From Candidatus Bathyarchaeota archaeon (lineage in GTDB: Archaea > Thermoproteota > Bathyarchaeia > Bathyarchaeales > DTEX01): a stretch of DNA of 64,000 bases. Shown piece after piece: positions 29,660-39,279 of the stretch. The position numbers and the translations under genes are program-made. The DNA lies in assembly GCA_018396405.1 (NCBI GenBank), contig JAGTQD010000002.1, positions 4,316 through 68,315 on the forward strand. Direction: 5' to 3'. Under the pieces are notes generated by a model. The model did no database searches. It had not been told where the DNA came from and worked only from the letters and a program-made list of their open reading frames with translations. Every line of letters starts with the position of its first letter. Within the stretch, counting starts at the first letter, position 1.

Positions 29660-29929
29660 CTATATCCTTCTTACCATGACAGTTTGTATATCGCTTACAT
29701 CACTTATCTCTTGAATTCTCTTCTCAACCTCATCCAACCCACCAGATAGATCTTCCGGCAATACTACATGCGCTATTAGGGCTACCAAGCCAAACGCTAT
29801 CGGTTCCTCCTCAAACTTATAAATAGAGGCATAACTAGGCAGCGCGCTCCTAATCTTCTCCTTTAAGGCATCCAAGTTGACATCTATGTCCGCAGGAAAT
29901 ATTTTTAGAGAGACTACAACCCTAGCCAA
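29660..29929 (-). CDS. Translation elongation factor aEF-1 beta
   Basis: 89 aa. MARVVVSLKIFPADIDVNLDALKEKI and the C-terminal VSDIQTVMVRRI are typical of aEF-1beta. Confidence 0.85.
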   Translation of the reverse strand: MARVVVSLKIFPADIDVNLDALKEKIRSALPSYASIYKFEEEPIAFGLVALIAHVVLPEDLSGGLDEVEKRIQEISDVSDIQTVMVRRI

Positions 29930-30041
29930 TCTTAAACCTCCCTGTAATGCTCACTAAATACTACCTCGAAATATTTTAAAGTTGCGCTATAAATCAAAAT
30001 AATCTTATGGTGTCGTTTACCTACATTATGGGGCACTTTGC

Positions 30042-31277
30042 ATGAACGTAGAGGATGCGGAGATCGCCGTTATTGGCGCAGGTCCCTCCGGGTTAATTGC
30101 GGCCCATGAGGCTTCACGGAGGGGGGTAAAGGTAATAGTTCTAGAGGAGCATGGGGAGATAGGACTACCATGCCACTGCGCTGGCCTTTTGAGCATTAGC
30201 GGACTTAAGAGGATAGGGGTGCCATGCAGCGGAATATATGTGCTTAATATGATTAGAGGGGTACGCTTCTTCTCACCATCAAATATTTCGCTCTCAGTCG
30301 AGTGGAAAGAGCCGATCGCATGCGTCGTCGACCGCCATATCTTCGACCTATTTTTAGCTGAGAAAGCCTGTAAGAGTGGTTCACTTATAAAATTGGGGTT
30401 AAGGGTGGATTGGGTTAAGAGGGATGGGGATAAATGGCTTTTAGGTACTGGTGGCAGAGGTAGGGTGAGGGCAAGACTATTAATAGACGCTGAGGGGGCG
30501 GCGCCAAAGATACCACGCATGCTCGGAATAAGAACTCATGATACTAAAAAACTCCTAAAAGGGGTTCAGATAGACCTTCGCGCTCCCGACTTAAACCCAG
30601 ATCACGTTGAAGTATACTTGGGAAGAAAAATCGCTCCGGGTTTTTTCGCGTGGGTGATACCGCTGAATGAAGAAGTCGCGAGGGTTGGGCTTGCATGCAA
30701 CGCCTCCGACGTAGGAGGGAGGCTGCTTAAATTCATAAAGAGGCGGTTTAGCATATCTCCACAAGACCGCTCGAGATTTCTTAGATATTATGCGGGTTTA
30801 ATTGTTGCATGCGGCCCAATTAATCGGTCTTATGGGGACGCTTTATTGATAGTTGGTGATTCAGCTGGGCATACTAAGCCAATAAGTGGGGGCGGCGTCA
30901 TATTTGGCGGAATCGGCGCAAAGATAGCTGGAAAAGTTGCCTCAAAGGCTATTATAAGCGGTAAAATCGGGGGAGATTTTCTCAAAACATATGAGAGAGG
31001 GTGGAGATCAATTGTGGGAAAGGAGATTAAGATGGCACTTTTAATCAGAAAAATCCTTAATAATCTTTCCGATAAAGACTTGGATAAGATTTTTTCAATA
31101 GCCATAAAGGAGGGGGTTGGCGAGGATATTATTGCGGAGGAAACGGATATAGATTATCAAGCAACAGCGCTAATAAAAGCCCTAAAATGGAAGACCTTGA
31201 TTTTTTTGCCAGCAATCTTTAGAGCGCTCTTCGCCAGCATAATTGGATTGGAAAAACAATATAAAATATATAAATGA
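30042..31277 (+). CDS. Geranylgeranyl reductase family FAD-dependent oxidoreductase
   Basis: VIGAGPSGL dinucleotide-binding motif, LLIDAEG and GDSAGHTKPISGGG. 411 aa. Confidence 0.75.
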   Translation: MNVEDAEIAVIGAGPSGLIAAHEASRRGVKVIVLEEHGEIGLPCHCAGLLSISGLKRIGVPCSGIYVLNMIRGVRFFSPSNISLSVEWKEPIACVVDRHIFDLFLAEKACKSGSLIKLGLRVDWVKRDGDKWLLGTGGRGRVRARLLIDAEGAAPKIPRMLGIRTHDTKKLLKGVQIDLRAPDLNPDHVEVYLGRKIAPGFFAWVIPLNEEVARVGLACNASDVGGRLLKFIKRRFSISPQDRSRFLRYYAGLIVACGPINRSYGDALLIVGDSAGHTKPISGGGVIFGGIGAKIAGKVASKAIISGKIGGDFLKTYERGWRSIVGKEIKMALLIRKILNNLSDKDLDKIFSIAIKEGVGEDIIAEETDIDYQATALIKALKWKTLIFLPAIFRALFASIIGLEKQYKIYK

Positions 31278-31337
31278 GTAAACCCCCATTATGGATTAAC
31301 AATTTGGGGTGTAAAACAATTGAGTAGAAAACCCTCA

Positions 31338-31499
31338 ATGCCCGTATGCACATCATGCAATAGAATAATACCGCCTGGAACAAATGCTGTCTCATTTCCC
31401 TGCCCGAATTGTGGCGGTATAATAATATGGCGTTGCTCAAAGTGCCGGCAGTTTAGACGGCAATACAAATGTCCAAAATGCGGCTTCACAGGACCTTAA
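31338..31499 (+). CDS. Double Zn-ribbon protein (DUF1610/COG2888-like); missed by the ORF track because it is under 60 aa
   Basis: Hand translation: MPVCTSCNRIIPPGTNAVSFPCPNCGGIIIWRCSKCRQFRRQYKCPKCGFTGP, with four CxxC pairs and a TAA at 31497-31499. An in-frame TTG at 31320 is an alternative start. This family commonly accompanies aEF-1beta in archaea. Confidence 0.7.
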   Translation: MPVCTSCNRIIPPGTNAVSFPCPNCGGIIIWRCSKCRQFRRQYKCPKCGFTGP

Positions 31500-31638
31500 C
31501 AGCATTCTTGGAAGGTTTCTGCCTCTAAGCCAGCTAAGATCAGCACATGAGAAAAATTGTAAGTTTGAGCATAAGTTCTATTAGAGACTAGGAAAAATGC
31601 TTCTCCGCTTTAATAGAGGCATTGAAATCTCTAAAAAA

Positions 31639-33066
31639 TTAAAGCCATCCTGTTAGGTCTCTCTTTAATTTCTTTGGGTTTAAGACAAGTTCTAGGAACT
31701 TGTCTCTGATTGGCTCGTAAGCTTCTTTAAAGAATCTCTGCTGATCAAGTAATGTTTCTTTACTGAAACACTTGAGATATTCTATTGCTGTTTGCCAAGC
31801 CTTTTCATATCTTACTACGCTCTCTATTGGCCTAGCTATCTGCCTATCATAGTCCTCCGGCCTTTGCACCTCATCGCCTATTGTAAACCAGCCGTCTTTA
31901 GTCATAAACGCCGCTTCATCTCCTATTCGAATCAACTCAGCTCTGCCCAAGCTAACCTTAGCGTATACGTTATCCCTTCCCTTCACAAGCTTTTTTGGGG
32001 CTACTTCTTTACCGCGTTTCTTTGCCCAAGCATAGAAGATCGCCCTATTTAGCCCGAAGGACTTAGCCCTCTCCAAGTCACCAGTTAAGAGGTAGTATCT
32101 GGCCGCTTGAAGTAAACCCATGACCTGAAAGCGCCCTATCTTACCCTCACGCACGACCTCCATTTCTGTCTCCTTTTCCTCAGGCTTCTGCGCGGTTGGA
32201 GCAGATATTACGGTTTTGACGGTTGCCTCTCCCATGCCAGACCAACCTCTGTATCCACCAATCACTCTAATTGCCTCCAGGGCAGCTGAATCACCTTCGG
32301 CTTCCTCATAAATTCTCCAATCGCGGTTGTGCTTAAAGCTCTCCGGATTAGCCCATTCGAGTTCGAAGGAATCTATCTCATCGGGCTTGAAGCAAACGCA
32401 GCATAATTTCCTTCTTCTATGCAGCGAAAGGGGTGCTGTAAAGACCCTCTTTAAATCAATTGTGTTCTCGACTTTAACGCTCTTAAACCTTGAAATCACA
32501 TCCAATATCTTCTCCCTACACCGATCTAAAACTAAATCTACTAGCGAGTATGCTATATCCAGCGGATTATATTTCTGTAGAGCCTCATTTGAGAAGCATT
32601 TTTCATGCACGTGGATGTGTGCTCCCTCACCGCTCCACTTAATGAAAACGGATTTAACTATACCAAGCCTCTCAAGATCATCAATTATTATTCTAGCAGC
32701 TTCAATGACACCTTTCCATTCATTTAGTTCGCCATCAATATCCCATATTGGCGAGGTATACGCTATGTTAGATGGATCCTCAAGACTAGATTTACCCAGT
32801 AAATTCTTGTAAATGTTGATTGAACCATAAATGGATCTTGGATGAAGCCCGCCAAAATGCTTCAATAAATCTAAAATGTCCTGTGGGCTATTAACGCTTA
32901 GGGGGCTGCCATCCCTCCGGTATCTTAGAAAGACCCTGCTGCCCATGGCCCCGCCTTCAAGGGCAATCCACCTACCCCTACAGTAATCGGCGATCTCATT
33001 CCTAACGAACTCGTCCAAATAGTATGCGGCTGCAAAATCCCCAGGCATAAAAACCATAACACCCAA
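31639..33066 (-). CDS. Archaeo-eukaryotic primase (AEP/PriS-like) catalytic protein with ~190-aa C-terminal extension
   Basis: AEP motifs in order: PIWDIDGE (DxD), KWSGEGAHIHVH (SGxGxH), TIDLKRVFTAPLSLHRR (Asp plus R..P.S.H). The upstream SIYGSINIY resembles the PriS Y-S-x-x-x-Y region. Confidence 0.7.
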   Translation of the reverse strand: MGVMVFMPGDFAAAYYLDEFVRNEIADYCRGRWIALEGGAMGSRVFLRYRRDGSPLSVNSPQDILDLLKHFGGLHPRSIYGSINIYKNLLGKSSLEDPSNIAYTSPIWDIDGELNEWKGVIEAARIIIDDLERLGIVKSVFIKWSGEGAHIHVHEKCFSNEALQKYNPLDIAYSLVDLVLDRCREKILDVISRFKSVKVENTIDLKRVFTAPLSLHRRRKLCCVCFKPDEIDSFELEWANPESFKHNRDWRIYEEAEGDSAALEAIRVIGGYRGWSGMGEATVKTVISAPTAQKPEEKETEMEVVREGKIGRFQVMGLLQAARYYLLTGDLERAKSFGLNRAIFYAWAKKRGKEVAPKKLVKGRDNVYAKVSLGRAELIRIGDEAAFMTKDGWFTIGDEVQRPEDYDRQIARPIESVVRYEKAWQTAIEYLKCFSKETLLDQQRFFKEAYEPIRDKFLELVLNPKKLKRDLTGWL

Positions 33067-33170
33067 AAAGAAAATGTGGGAATAAGAGAAACATAAATTA
33101 TCGCTGTGGAAAAATATGCATGAATATATGATTAGATTATATTATCCTCTATTCGCTATTTAGGAGGTCT

Positions 33171-33941
33171 CTATACGTTGAGTCTGCCGCAGTCTGGGCA
33201 TTTAGGGTTCCTCTTAATCTCTATTATGCTGAAATCCATATAGAATCCATCATAAAATAAGAGCTTATTCTTCAGCAAATTCCCCACTCCAACCAAGTAT
33301 TTTATTGCTTCTGTCGCCTGGATCGAGCCTATCGTCCCAGCTACCGGGCCCAAAATTGGAAAGATGTTACGTTTAGGTGGTGCTGATATTATGCATCTTA
33401 AGCACGCTGTCTCTCCAGGTATTATTGTTGTTGCCTGCCCCATGAGTCCATGGACTGCTCCATGGAAGAACGGTATCCTTTTCTCTATACAAGCTCTATT
33501 GAGGGCGAACCTCGCCTCATAATTATCGAGAGCATCAACAACAGCATCTACACCATCAACCAGGGTCAAAGCATTCTCATCGGTTATTTTTTCATCATAT
33601 ACCTCAATATTTATCGTTGGATTTATTTGCGAGAGCTTTTCGCGTGCAGACTCAATCTTCTTCCTCCCAATGTCCCTATCCCAATGAAGGAGCTGACGAT
33701 TTAAGTTATCAAGCTCCACGATGTCTGGATCAATTATTCTGATTGTCCCGACTCCGGCGGCGGTCAAGTAGACTGATATTGGGAAGCCTAATCCTCCAGC
33801 CCCGGCCACCAATATCGTTGCTCTCTTTAATCTTCTCTGGCCAACCAGGCCGAAACCATCTATACGGATCTGCCTATCATATCTTACCAAATCATACTCC
33901 GTTAGCTCCGTGGGCTTACTCGACATAATGACGCTCCTCAA
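33171..33941 (-). CDS. ThiF/MoeB/UbaA-type E1-like adenylyltransferase
   Basis: VAGAGGLG Rossmann motif, RQ..motif NLNRQ, and Zn site CLRC..CPDCG. Confidence 0.8.
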   Translation of the reverse strand: MRSVIMSSKPTELTEYDLVRYDRQIRIDGFGLVGQRRLKRATILVAGAGGLGFPISVYLTAAGVGTIRIIDPDIVELDNLNRQLLHWDRDIGRKKIESAREKLSQINPTINIEVYDEKITDENALTLVDGVDAVVDALDNYEARFALNRACIEKRIPFFHGAVHGLMGQATTIIPGETACLRCIISAPPKRNIFPILGPVAGTIGSIQATEAIKYLVGVGNLLKNKLLFYDGFYMDFSIIEIKRNPKCPDCGRLNV

Positions 33942-33948
33942 CGTTTAC

Positions 33949-34386
33949 TCATTTATCTATGATCTTTTTTATATTATTAATTTCGTTCGGATCTGGGCTT
34001 TTCACAGAGAGCCATGCATCAAGTATTTCCTTTCCAACCTGTGGGGTTGTTAGTCTACCGCTTATGGCTAGAACGTTGGCGTCATTCCATAATCTAGCCC
34101 CTTTCGCTGTCTCCGCATCAAAGCATAAAGCTGCCCTAACGCCCCTAACCTTATTTGCCGCTATAGAGACGCCTGTTCCCGTATAACATATTACTATTCC
34201 GAAATCTGATCTTCCTTCTGCGACATCATTTGCTACGGAGAAGGCTATGTCTGGCCAGGGCTCAACCCTACCACTAACTAGAGCGCCATAAGCCCTAACC
34301 TCAAAGCCCCTCCTTTTTAGCTCCTCTAGGAGGGTTACCGCCACCGGATATAAATCATCCGACCCGATGGAAACCTTCAATCCCAC
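33949..34386 (-). CDS. rpiB: Ribose-5-phosphate isomerase B (RpiB/LacAB family)
   Basis: CYTGTGVSIAANK active-site region. 145 aa. Confidence 0.8.
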   Translation of the reverse strand: MGLKVSIGSDDLYPVAVTLLEELKRRGFEVRAYGALVSGRVEPWPDIAFSVANDVAEGRSDFGIVICYTGTGVSIAANKVRGVRAALCFDAETAKGARLWNDANVLAISGRLTTPQVGKEILDAWLSVKSPDPNEINNIKKIIDK

Positions 34387-34437
34387 TCCCTAATCATGAA
34401 TTTCAACATAAAGGGACATAAATTTTTGCTAGCTAAC

Positions 34438-35652
34438 TCACTCGTATCTTAAAGCCACTGCTGGCGGAACTTTTGAGGCCTTATATGCTGGTAGGATCCC
34501 GCCGACTAGCCCAACGGCTATTGTGAGCAGAAGGGTCTGTATTATTAAGCTTGGCGTTATTTTCGGGCTTAACACGAGGGATAATTCAAGACCGCTTATG
34601 GTTAGACCCCTGAGGGATAGGAAATGGGCTCCGACAATCCCAAGCAGTATTCCCGCCAAGCCGCCGATTAGACTCATCATTATAGATTCAAGGAGGATTA
34701 GCAGTAGAATCTGGCTGCTCGTGTATCCTATAGCCTTCATTACACCTATTTCACGCGTTCTCTCCATAACAGATGTTATCATAGTTGCCGCGACGCCAGC
34801 TATAGCGACAGCAAAAGCCGAAAGCGATGTTGAGAAGTTTATGAAGTCTATTGCCATGGTAACGCTTGAAATAGCTTCGGCTATCGCGCTGAAAGCTATA
34901 ACCTGAAGTCTATCTTCATACCTATTTCTTAAAATAGAGACAACATCTCTAACCATTGCTGGATCCCGGGCAAGCACGAATATTCCAGACCAGTCCCTCA
35001 TTCCCAGAATCTTCCTGCCAGCCTCCGGATGTAGGAACACTGTTGAGTCCGGGTCAACTATTAATGCTCCACCATATTCCTTAAGGATGGCGCCGATCTT
35101 AACGTTCACGTTCTTCTTTCCCATTATAGTGCCCTCCTCAATTTTCGGAACTACCAGCGTTATGACGTCGCCAAGCATAAAATACTGTTCTCCAGAGTCC
35201 TTAAAGGCGACTTTTTTACCAATTATGGCGCTGAGTGTCCCGGAGGGGATGGATCCCTCCATTATTTCCAGGCTTCCAATGGCCTCAAAGAGCAACTTAT
35301 AATCTATAGCGAAGACGGAGATCCTAACCTCATCGGAGCCTCTTTTAAGCAGGGCCTGAGTAGAGTAGAAGGGCTCGGCCCTCATCACCTCTGGCATAGA
35401 TCTTATAAAGCTAAGATCCTCTTCACTCAACCTATAGTTTTCTCTGGGGAAAACGGCTATCGCGTTCTGCCCTAAGGATGTTATCCTCTCCACAATATAG
35501 TCGGAGTAGCTACGCACAACGGAGCTCATCATAACCATGACTAATGGGCCTATGGATATGCCAATTATCGTGAGAACAGCCCTAGTCTTCCTCTCCTTCA
35601 AGGCTTTAGTTGCAAGCCTTATAAAGTCTATGAAGAGCATGTAAAGCGCCAT
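34438..35652 (-). CDS. ABC transporter permease, FtsX/MacB type
   Basis: N-terminal TM segment, a large extracytoplasmic domain, then a C-terminal 3-TM FtsX domain (GVMKAIGYTSSQI). Last gene of the ABC operon. Confidence 0.8.
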   Translation of the reverse strand: MALYMLFIDFIRLATKALKERKTRAVLTIIGISIGPLVMVMMSSVVRSYSDYIVERITSLGQNAIAVFPRENYRLSEEDLSFIRSMPEVMRAEPFYSTQALLKRGSDEVRISVFAIDYKLLFEAIGSLEIMEGSIPSGTLSAIIGKKVAFKDSGEQYFMLGDVITLVVPKIEEGTIMGKKNVNVKIGAILKEYGGALIVDPDSTVFLHPEAGRKILGMRDWSGIFVLARDPAMVRDVVSILRNRYEDRLQVIAFSAIAEAISSVTMAIDFINFSTSLSAFAVAIAGVAATMITSVMERTREIGVMKAIGYTSSQILLLILLESIMMSLIGGLAGILLGIVGAHFLSLRGLTISGLELSLVLSPKITPSLIIQTLLLTIAVGLVGGILPAYKASKVPPAVALRYE

Positions 35653-35666
35653 TATATTCGCCCCAA

Positions 35667-38504
35667 CTACGATTTATTTGTTGAGCGGGCTTTTAAAACC
35701 CTATAGATGAGGATGGATGCTACCGCCAGGAACACTATAACCGCCCCAACCACGATCCATGTCTCAACGCCCAGCCTCCTTTCTTGTGGCGGTGCCGCTG
35801 GGATCTCGGGCTGCACCTCAATTTTAATGGGCATCTCTTTCGAGAATTGCTGGTTGAAGGGGTCATAATACTCTATTGTTAGGGTTCCAACCTCACCCTT
35901 TTCAGGAACTTCTATTCTAAATGCCATTTCGTCTGATGGCGCGATATCCCCTATCAGAGTCCACGTGCTAGTATCTCCGACTGTAAAGGTGGCCTTCACT
36001 CTATAGGCTGTTGATGAGCCGAAATTAACGATAATGCCACTTATAGTTGTAGAGGAGTACTTACTGACAGCGCTAATATCCTTGATAAGAAGATCTATAA
36101 ATGGCTCAACAATAACGGTTATCGTATTATTGAATCTTTTGATGGCCCCGCTGGGGTCTCTATAAATAATTGATATGAGTAATGGAGTTGGCCCATAAGT
36201 TATAACTGTTGTTCCGCCAGCCTGCCTTATAAATCCAAGCGGGTTATAGGCTAATGTTAATGGGATGCTAAGCTTCTCGCTAGCATTGATCCTCTCCCTA
36301 TATATAACTGAGGGCGAGGCTATTAGGAGCGGCATCTCTTGATATGGGGCAACGCTTATATAAACGTCATATAATGGTGATGAACCAATATTCTCTACTG
36401 TTAGGGAAGTATTCGTGAAGCGGCTTCTAACATTTATGATACCATTCATCTTAATCTCTAAATACCCAGTTCTACCCAACACGGCTACTGGAATCTCCAG
36501 CTCAACAGACCTCTTTGCACCCCACTGATCAATGTAAGAGAGACGCCCATTAAACGCGTGAACGCCAAGATCAACATCTAGTATGTTAAGGTGGGCTGAG
36601 AACATTAGTATATCTCCTCGACTAAAAGTCCGCGTCTGAGCTACCTGAGCTGTCTGATAAGCCTTTAAGTACTCGCTTATAAATGTGCTTAAGTCCTGGG
36701 CCCCTAATTGGGGTAGAGTTGAGGGTGGACTTACAGTAGATGGAGGGATCTTCACGAATGTTGAGTTATCTGCCACGTTAACAAACCCGTTGGGGAGGTT
36801 TATCTCGAGAACAGCCCCCTTCATACTATCAACAAGGTTATTTCTTACAAAGATTAGGAGGTGTGACCCATACGTGTTCGGGCCAACGGACCCCTCATAC
36901 CAGCTGGCGCTAATAAACTCCACAGCTTCTCTATCATCGTTAACAATTATTTCTAGGCTGAACTTTTCTGTGCACCTAGTTCCTGGCCCGCCGGACTGCA
37001 ATATAAAATCTGCTGTAAGCTCGGCTCTATATTTACCAGGCTTAACATCCCCAACAGTTACAGTGAATGATGCTGGGAATGTGCTTAGGCTTCTAATCGG
37101 CCCATCTACATACGCCCTTGCAACTCTCTCGCCCATTGAAGACATGTTCTCTGGAAGGTTTAAGTAGAGTATTATCCCGCTCACTGGGAAAGGCGCCCTA
37201 TTAGCAATAACGACTTGGAATGATGCGTTCTCCGTCCTTGGAAAAACGTTATAGTTGTTCTGCCAGCCATAGCTGACAAGCTCAAGATAGCTGGCTGCCG
37301 CCGGATACCTTTCAATCGGCAGATTAATAATAAAGTCTCTAGTAACCTCTATACTTGTTCCAAACTCCTCAAAGATATATTTTGCCCGAATATTAAGTTT
37401 GACCTCGCTAACGTCCCTATTAATATCGAAATAGAGCGTTACATCAGAGTATGAGCCTGGGGTTAACCTAGCGATCTCCAATACCTCAGACCCCTTTATC
37501 GGCTTAAGACTCTCTGAGGTGACTTCGATGAGCGCGCCAACAATATCATATCGCCCATTATTTATGAAACGTAGCGTTAATGGGGTGTATCGTGATCCAG
37601 CGTATGCCGGAGATGGTATTTGCGAGCCCCAGTAAACCGAGACCAGCGATAGATTAGGCAGATACATGTGCGGGCTCTCGACAACTACACTAACCTTCAG
37701 GTCCTGCTCCCCAATGAATGATGACCCAGAAACAATTCTAACAAAAGATGTCTTAAGGGGGATATCAATACAGCCAGGGCTGACCCCCTCATCAACGTCA
37801 ACCGTTATATCTATATAGCAGGAGCCGCCGGAGGCTATCCCACTATCATAGGTTCCAGATAAAGCTCTAATATTGAAGCCGCTTGGGGGGGTTGGAGTAA
37901 TCATTACGCTACCTAAGGGTTCTGGTAGCCTATTGGTTAGAAATACTCTAATCGTCACGCCCCTCGCCGAGGGAAGCAGCGGGGCGGGAGAACCCCGATA
38001 AAGCACCGAGACCGATGAGACTATTATTGGATATTCTTTCGGAGCCTCTTCAACATCAAATTGGATATATATGGTTGCAAAATTGTATTGTAATTTGCCC
38101 CCCACCATTATTGAATACTCTGCATAAACAATAGCATCGTATGTTCCGGCAGGAGCGTCCTGTGGGACTGATATCCCGGAAAAGCGTATAGTGAACCTTT
38201 CTCCATCGCCAACCGCGCGAACGTTCGCTCTAGGCTCTCTCACAATGAAGCCTTCTGGGAGCTCTATCCTAAATCTCGCTTCCGTTATCTCGGATCCAAC
38301 GTCATTCTCCAACACGATATATAGGTTCGTGTTAGCTGAGCCCGGGTAGGATGCTGGATTAAGATAGGCTTCAATGAACTTTATTGGTTGCCCGCTTTGG
38401 CTTGGAGAACCACGTGTAGTATATAAAATTGACAGCGGCTCTGCTAGAAGGAAAGTGATCAGAGCAATAATAATTAATATCCTTTTAATGCCCACTAGAC
38501 ACAT
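35667..38504 (-). CDS. Large (945 aa) secreted, C-terminally membrane-anchored protein built from repeated beta-sandwich (CARDB/NEW3-like) modules
   Basis: N-terminal signal/anchor and a C-terminal TM plus basic tail (WIVVGAVIVFLAVASILIYRVLKARS). At least 6 recurrences of an x-N-x-G/R..(9-12)..L/V-x-L/V-P-x-G-F pattern, e.g. FLTNRLPEPLGSVMITPTPPSGFN, VRNNLVDSMKGAVLEINLPNGF, VENIGSSPLYDVYISV. Confidence 0.6.
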   Translation of the reverse strand: MCLVGIKRILIIIALITFLLAEPLSILYTTRGSPSQSGQPIKFIEAYLNPASYPGSANTNLYIVLENDVGSEITEARFRIELPEGFIVREPRANVRAVGDGERFTIRFSGISVPQDAPAGTYDAIVYAEYSIMVGGKLQYNFATIYIQFDVEEAPKEYPIIVSSVSVLYRGSPAPLLPSARGVTIRVFLTNRLPEPLGSVMITPTPPSGFNIRALSGTYDSGIASGGSCYIDITVDVDEGVSPGCIDIPLKTSFVRIVSGSSFIGEQDLKVSVVVESPHMYLPNLSLVSVYWGSQIPSPAYAGSRYTPLTLRFINNGRYDIVGALIEVTSESLKPIKGSEVLEIARLTPGSYSDVTLYFDINRDVSEVKLNIRAKYIFEEFGTSIEVTRDFIINLPIERYPAAASYLELVSYGWQNNYNVFPRTENASFQVVIANRAPFPVSGIILYLNLPENMSSMGERVARAYVDGPIRSLSTFPASFTVTVGDVKPGKYRAELTADFILQSGGPGTRCTEKFSLEIIVNDDREAVEFISASWYEGSVGPNTYGSHLLIFVRNNLVDSMKGAVLEINLPNGFVNVADNSTFVKIPPSTVSPPSTLPQLGAQDLSTFISEYLKAYQTAQVAQTRTFSRGDILMFSAHLNILDVDLGVHAFNGRLSYIDQWGAKRSVELEIPVAVLGRTGYLEIKMNGIINVRSRFTNTSLTVENIGSSPLYDVYISVAPYQEMPLLIASPSVIYRERINASEKLSIPLTLAYNPLGFIRQAGGTTVITYGPTPLLISIIYRDPSGAIKRFNNTITVIVEPFIDLLIKDISAVSKYSSTTISGIIVNFGSSTAYRVKATFTVGDTSTWTLIGDIAPSDEMAFRIEVPEKGEVGTLTIEYYDPFNQQFSKEMPIKIEVQPEIPAAPPQERRLGVETWIVVGAVIVFLAVASILIYRVLKARSTNKS

Positions 38505-39240
38505 AGCCCCCCGAAATCTTATTTAGTAGGGATTCTTTTGGATCAGCATAATATTGACCAATTATTGTTCCATCCCTGATAACATATATCTTCTCCATAC
38601 AATTCGCGATCTCCGGATCATGCGTCACAACTATTATCGAGTGCCCCTCCTTATTGAGCTTTAGGAATGTTTCAACGACAATTTTGGCTGAAGCCCTATC
38701 CAGGTTTCCCGTCGGCTCATCGGCGAGGATTATTAGAGGATTGCCGACAATGGCCCTGGCGATCGCAACCCTCTGCTGCTGGCCGCCGGAGAGCTGATTA
38801 GGCTTCTTTCTCAGCCACTCTAATTCTCCACCGACCTTAAGAAGAGCCTCCTTAACCATCTCAGCCCTAACGCTCCGCGGGAGACCCTTAGGTATCAATG
38901 GCAGCTCAATATTCTCAAAGACGGTTAGCCTGTTAACTAGGTTGAATGTTTGGAAGACGAAGCCGATCTTCGCGTTCCTGAGATAGGCAAGCTCCTTATC
39001 ACTCATCTTTGAGATATCCCTCCCCTCAAAGTAGATCTTTCCGCTCGATGGTCTATCTAAAAGCCCTATCATGTTAAGTAGCGTTGTTTTGCCTGAGCCT
39101 GAGGGGCCCATTATTGCGACAAGGTCACCCTCATATATTTTAAATGAGACTTCCTTGAGCGCAACCGTGTGGATCTCCCCAACCCTATACTCTTTACTGA
39201 CATTTGCAAGCTCAACTAGTATTTTCGGGGAGGGGGTCAT
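38485..39240 (-). CDS. ABC transporter ATP-binding protein (LolD/MacB-type)
   Basis: GPSGSGKTT, LSGGQQQRVAIARA and ILADEPTGNLD. It overlaps the downstream 945-aa gene by 20 nt. Confidence 0.9.
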   Translation of the reverse strand: MTPSPKILVELANVSKEYRVGEIHTVALKEVSFKIYEGDLVAIMGPSGSGKTTLLNMIGLLDRPSSGKIYFEGRDISKMSDKELAYLRNAKIGFVFQTFNLVNRLTVFENIELPLIPKGLPRSVRAEMVKEALLKVGGELEWLRKKPNQLSGGQQQRVAIARAIVGNPLIILADEPTGNLDRASAKIVVETFLKLNKEGHSIIVVTHDPEIANCMEKIYVIRDGTIIGQYYADPKESLLNKISGGYVSSGH

Positions 39241-39279
39241 CCATTATCGCCTTAGAGAATATATTGGAAGCCGATATAT

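Noticed and set aside
31219-31489. Two overlapping minus-strand ORFs (73 and 66 aa)
   Set aside because: They are antisense to a plus-strand 53-codon ORF with four CxxC pairs, which is a far better explanation of the open frames.
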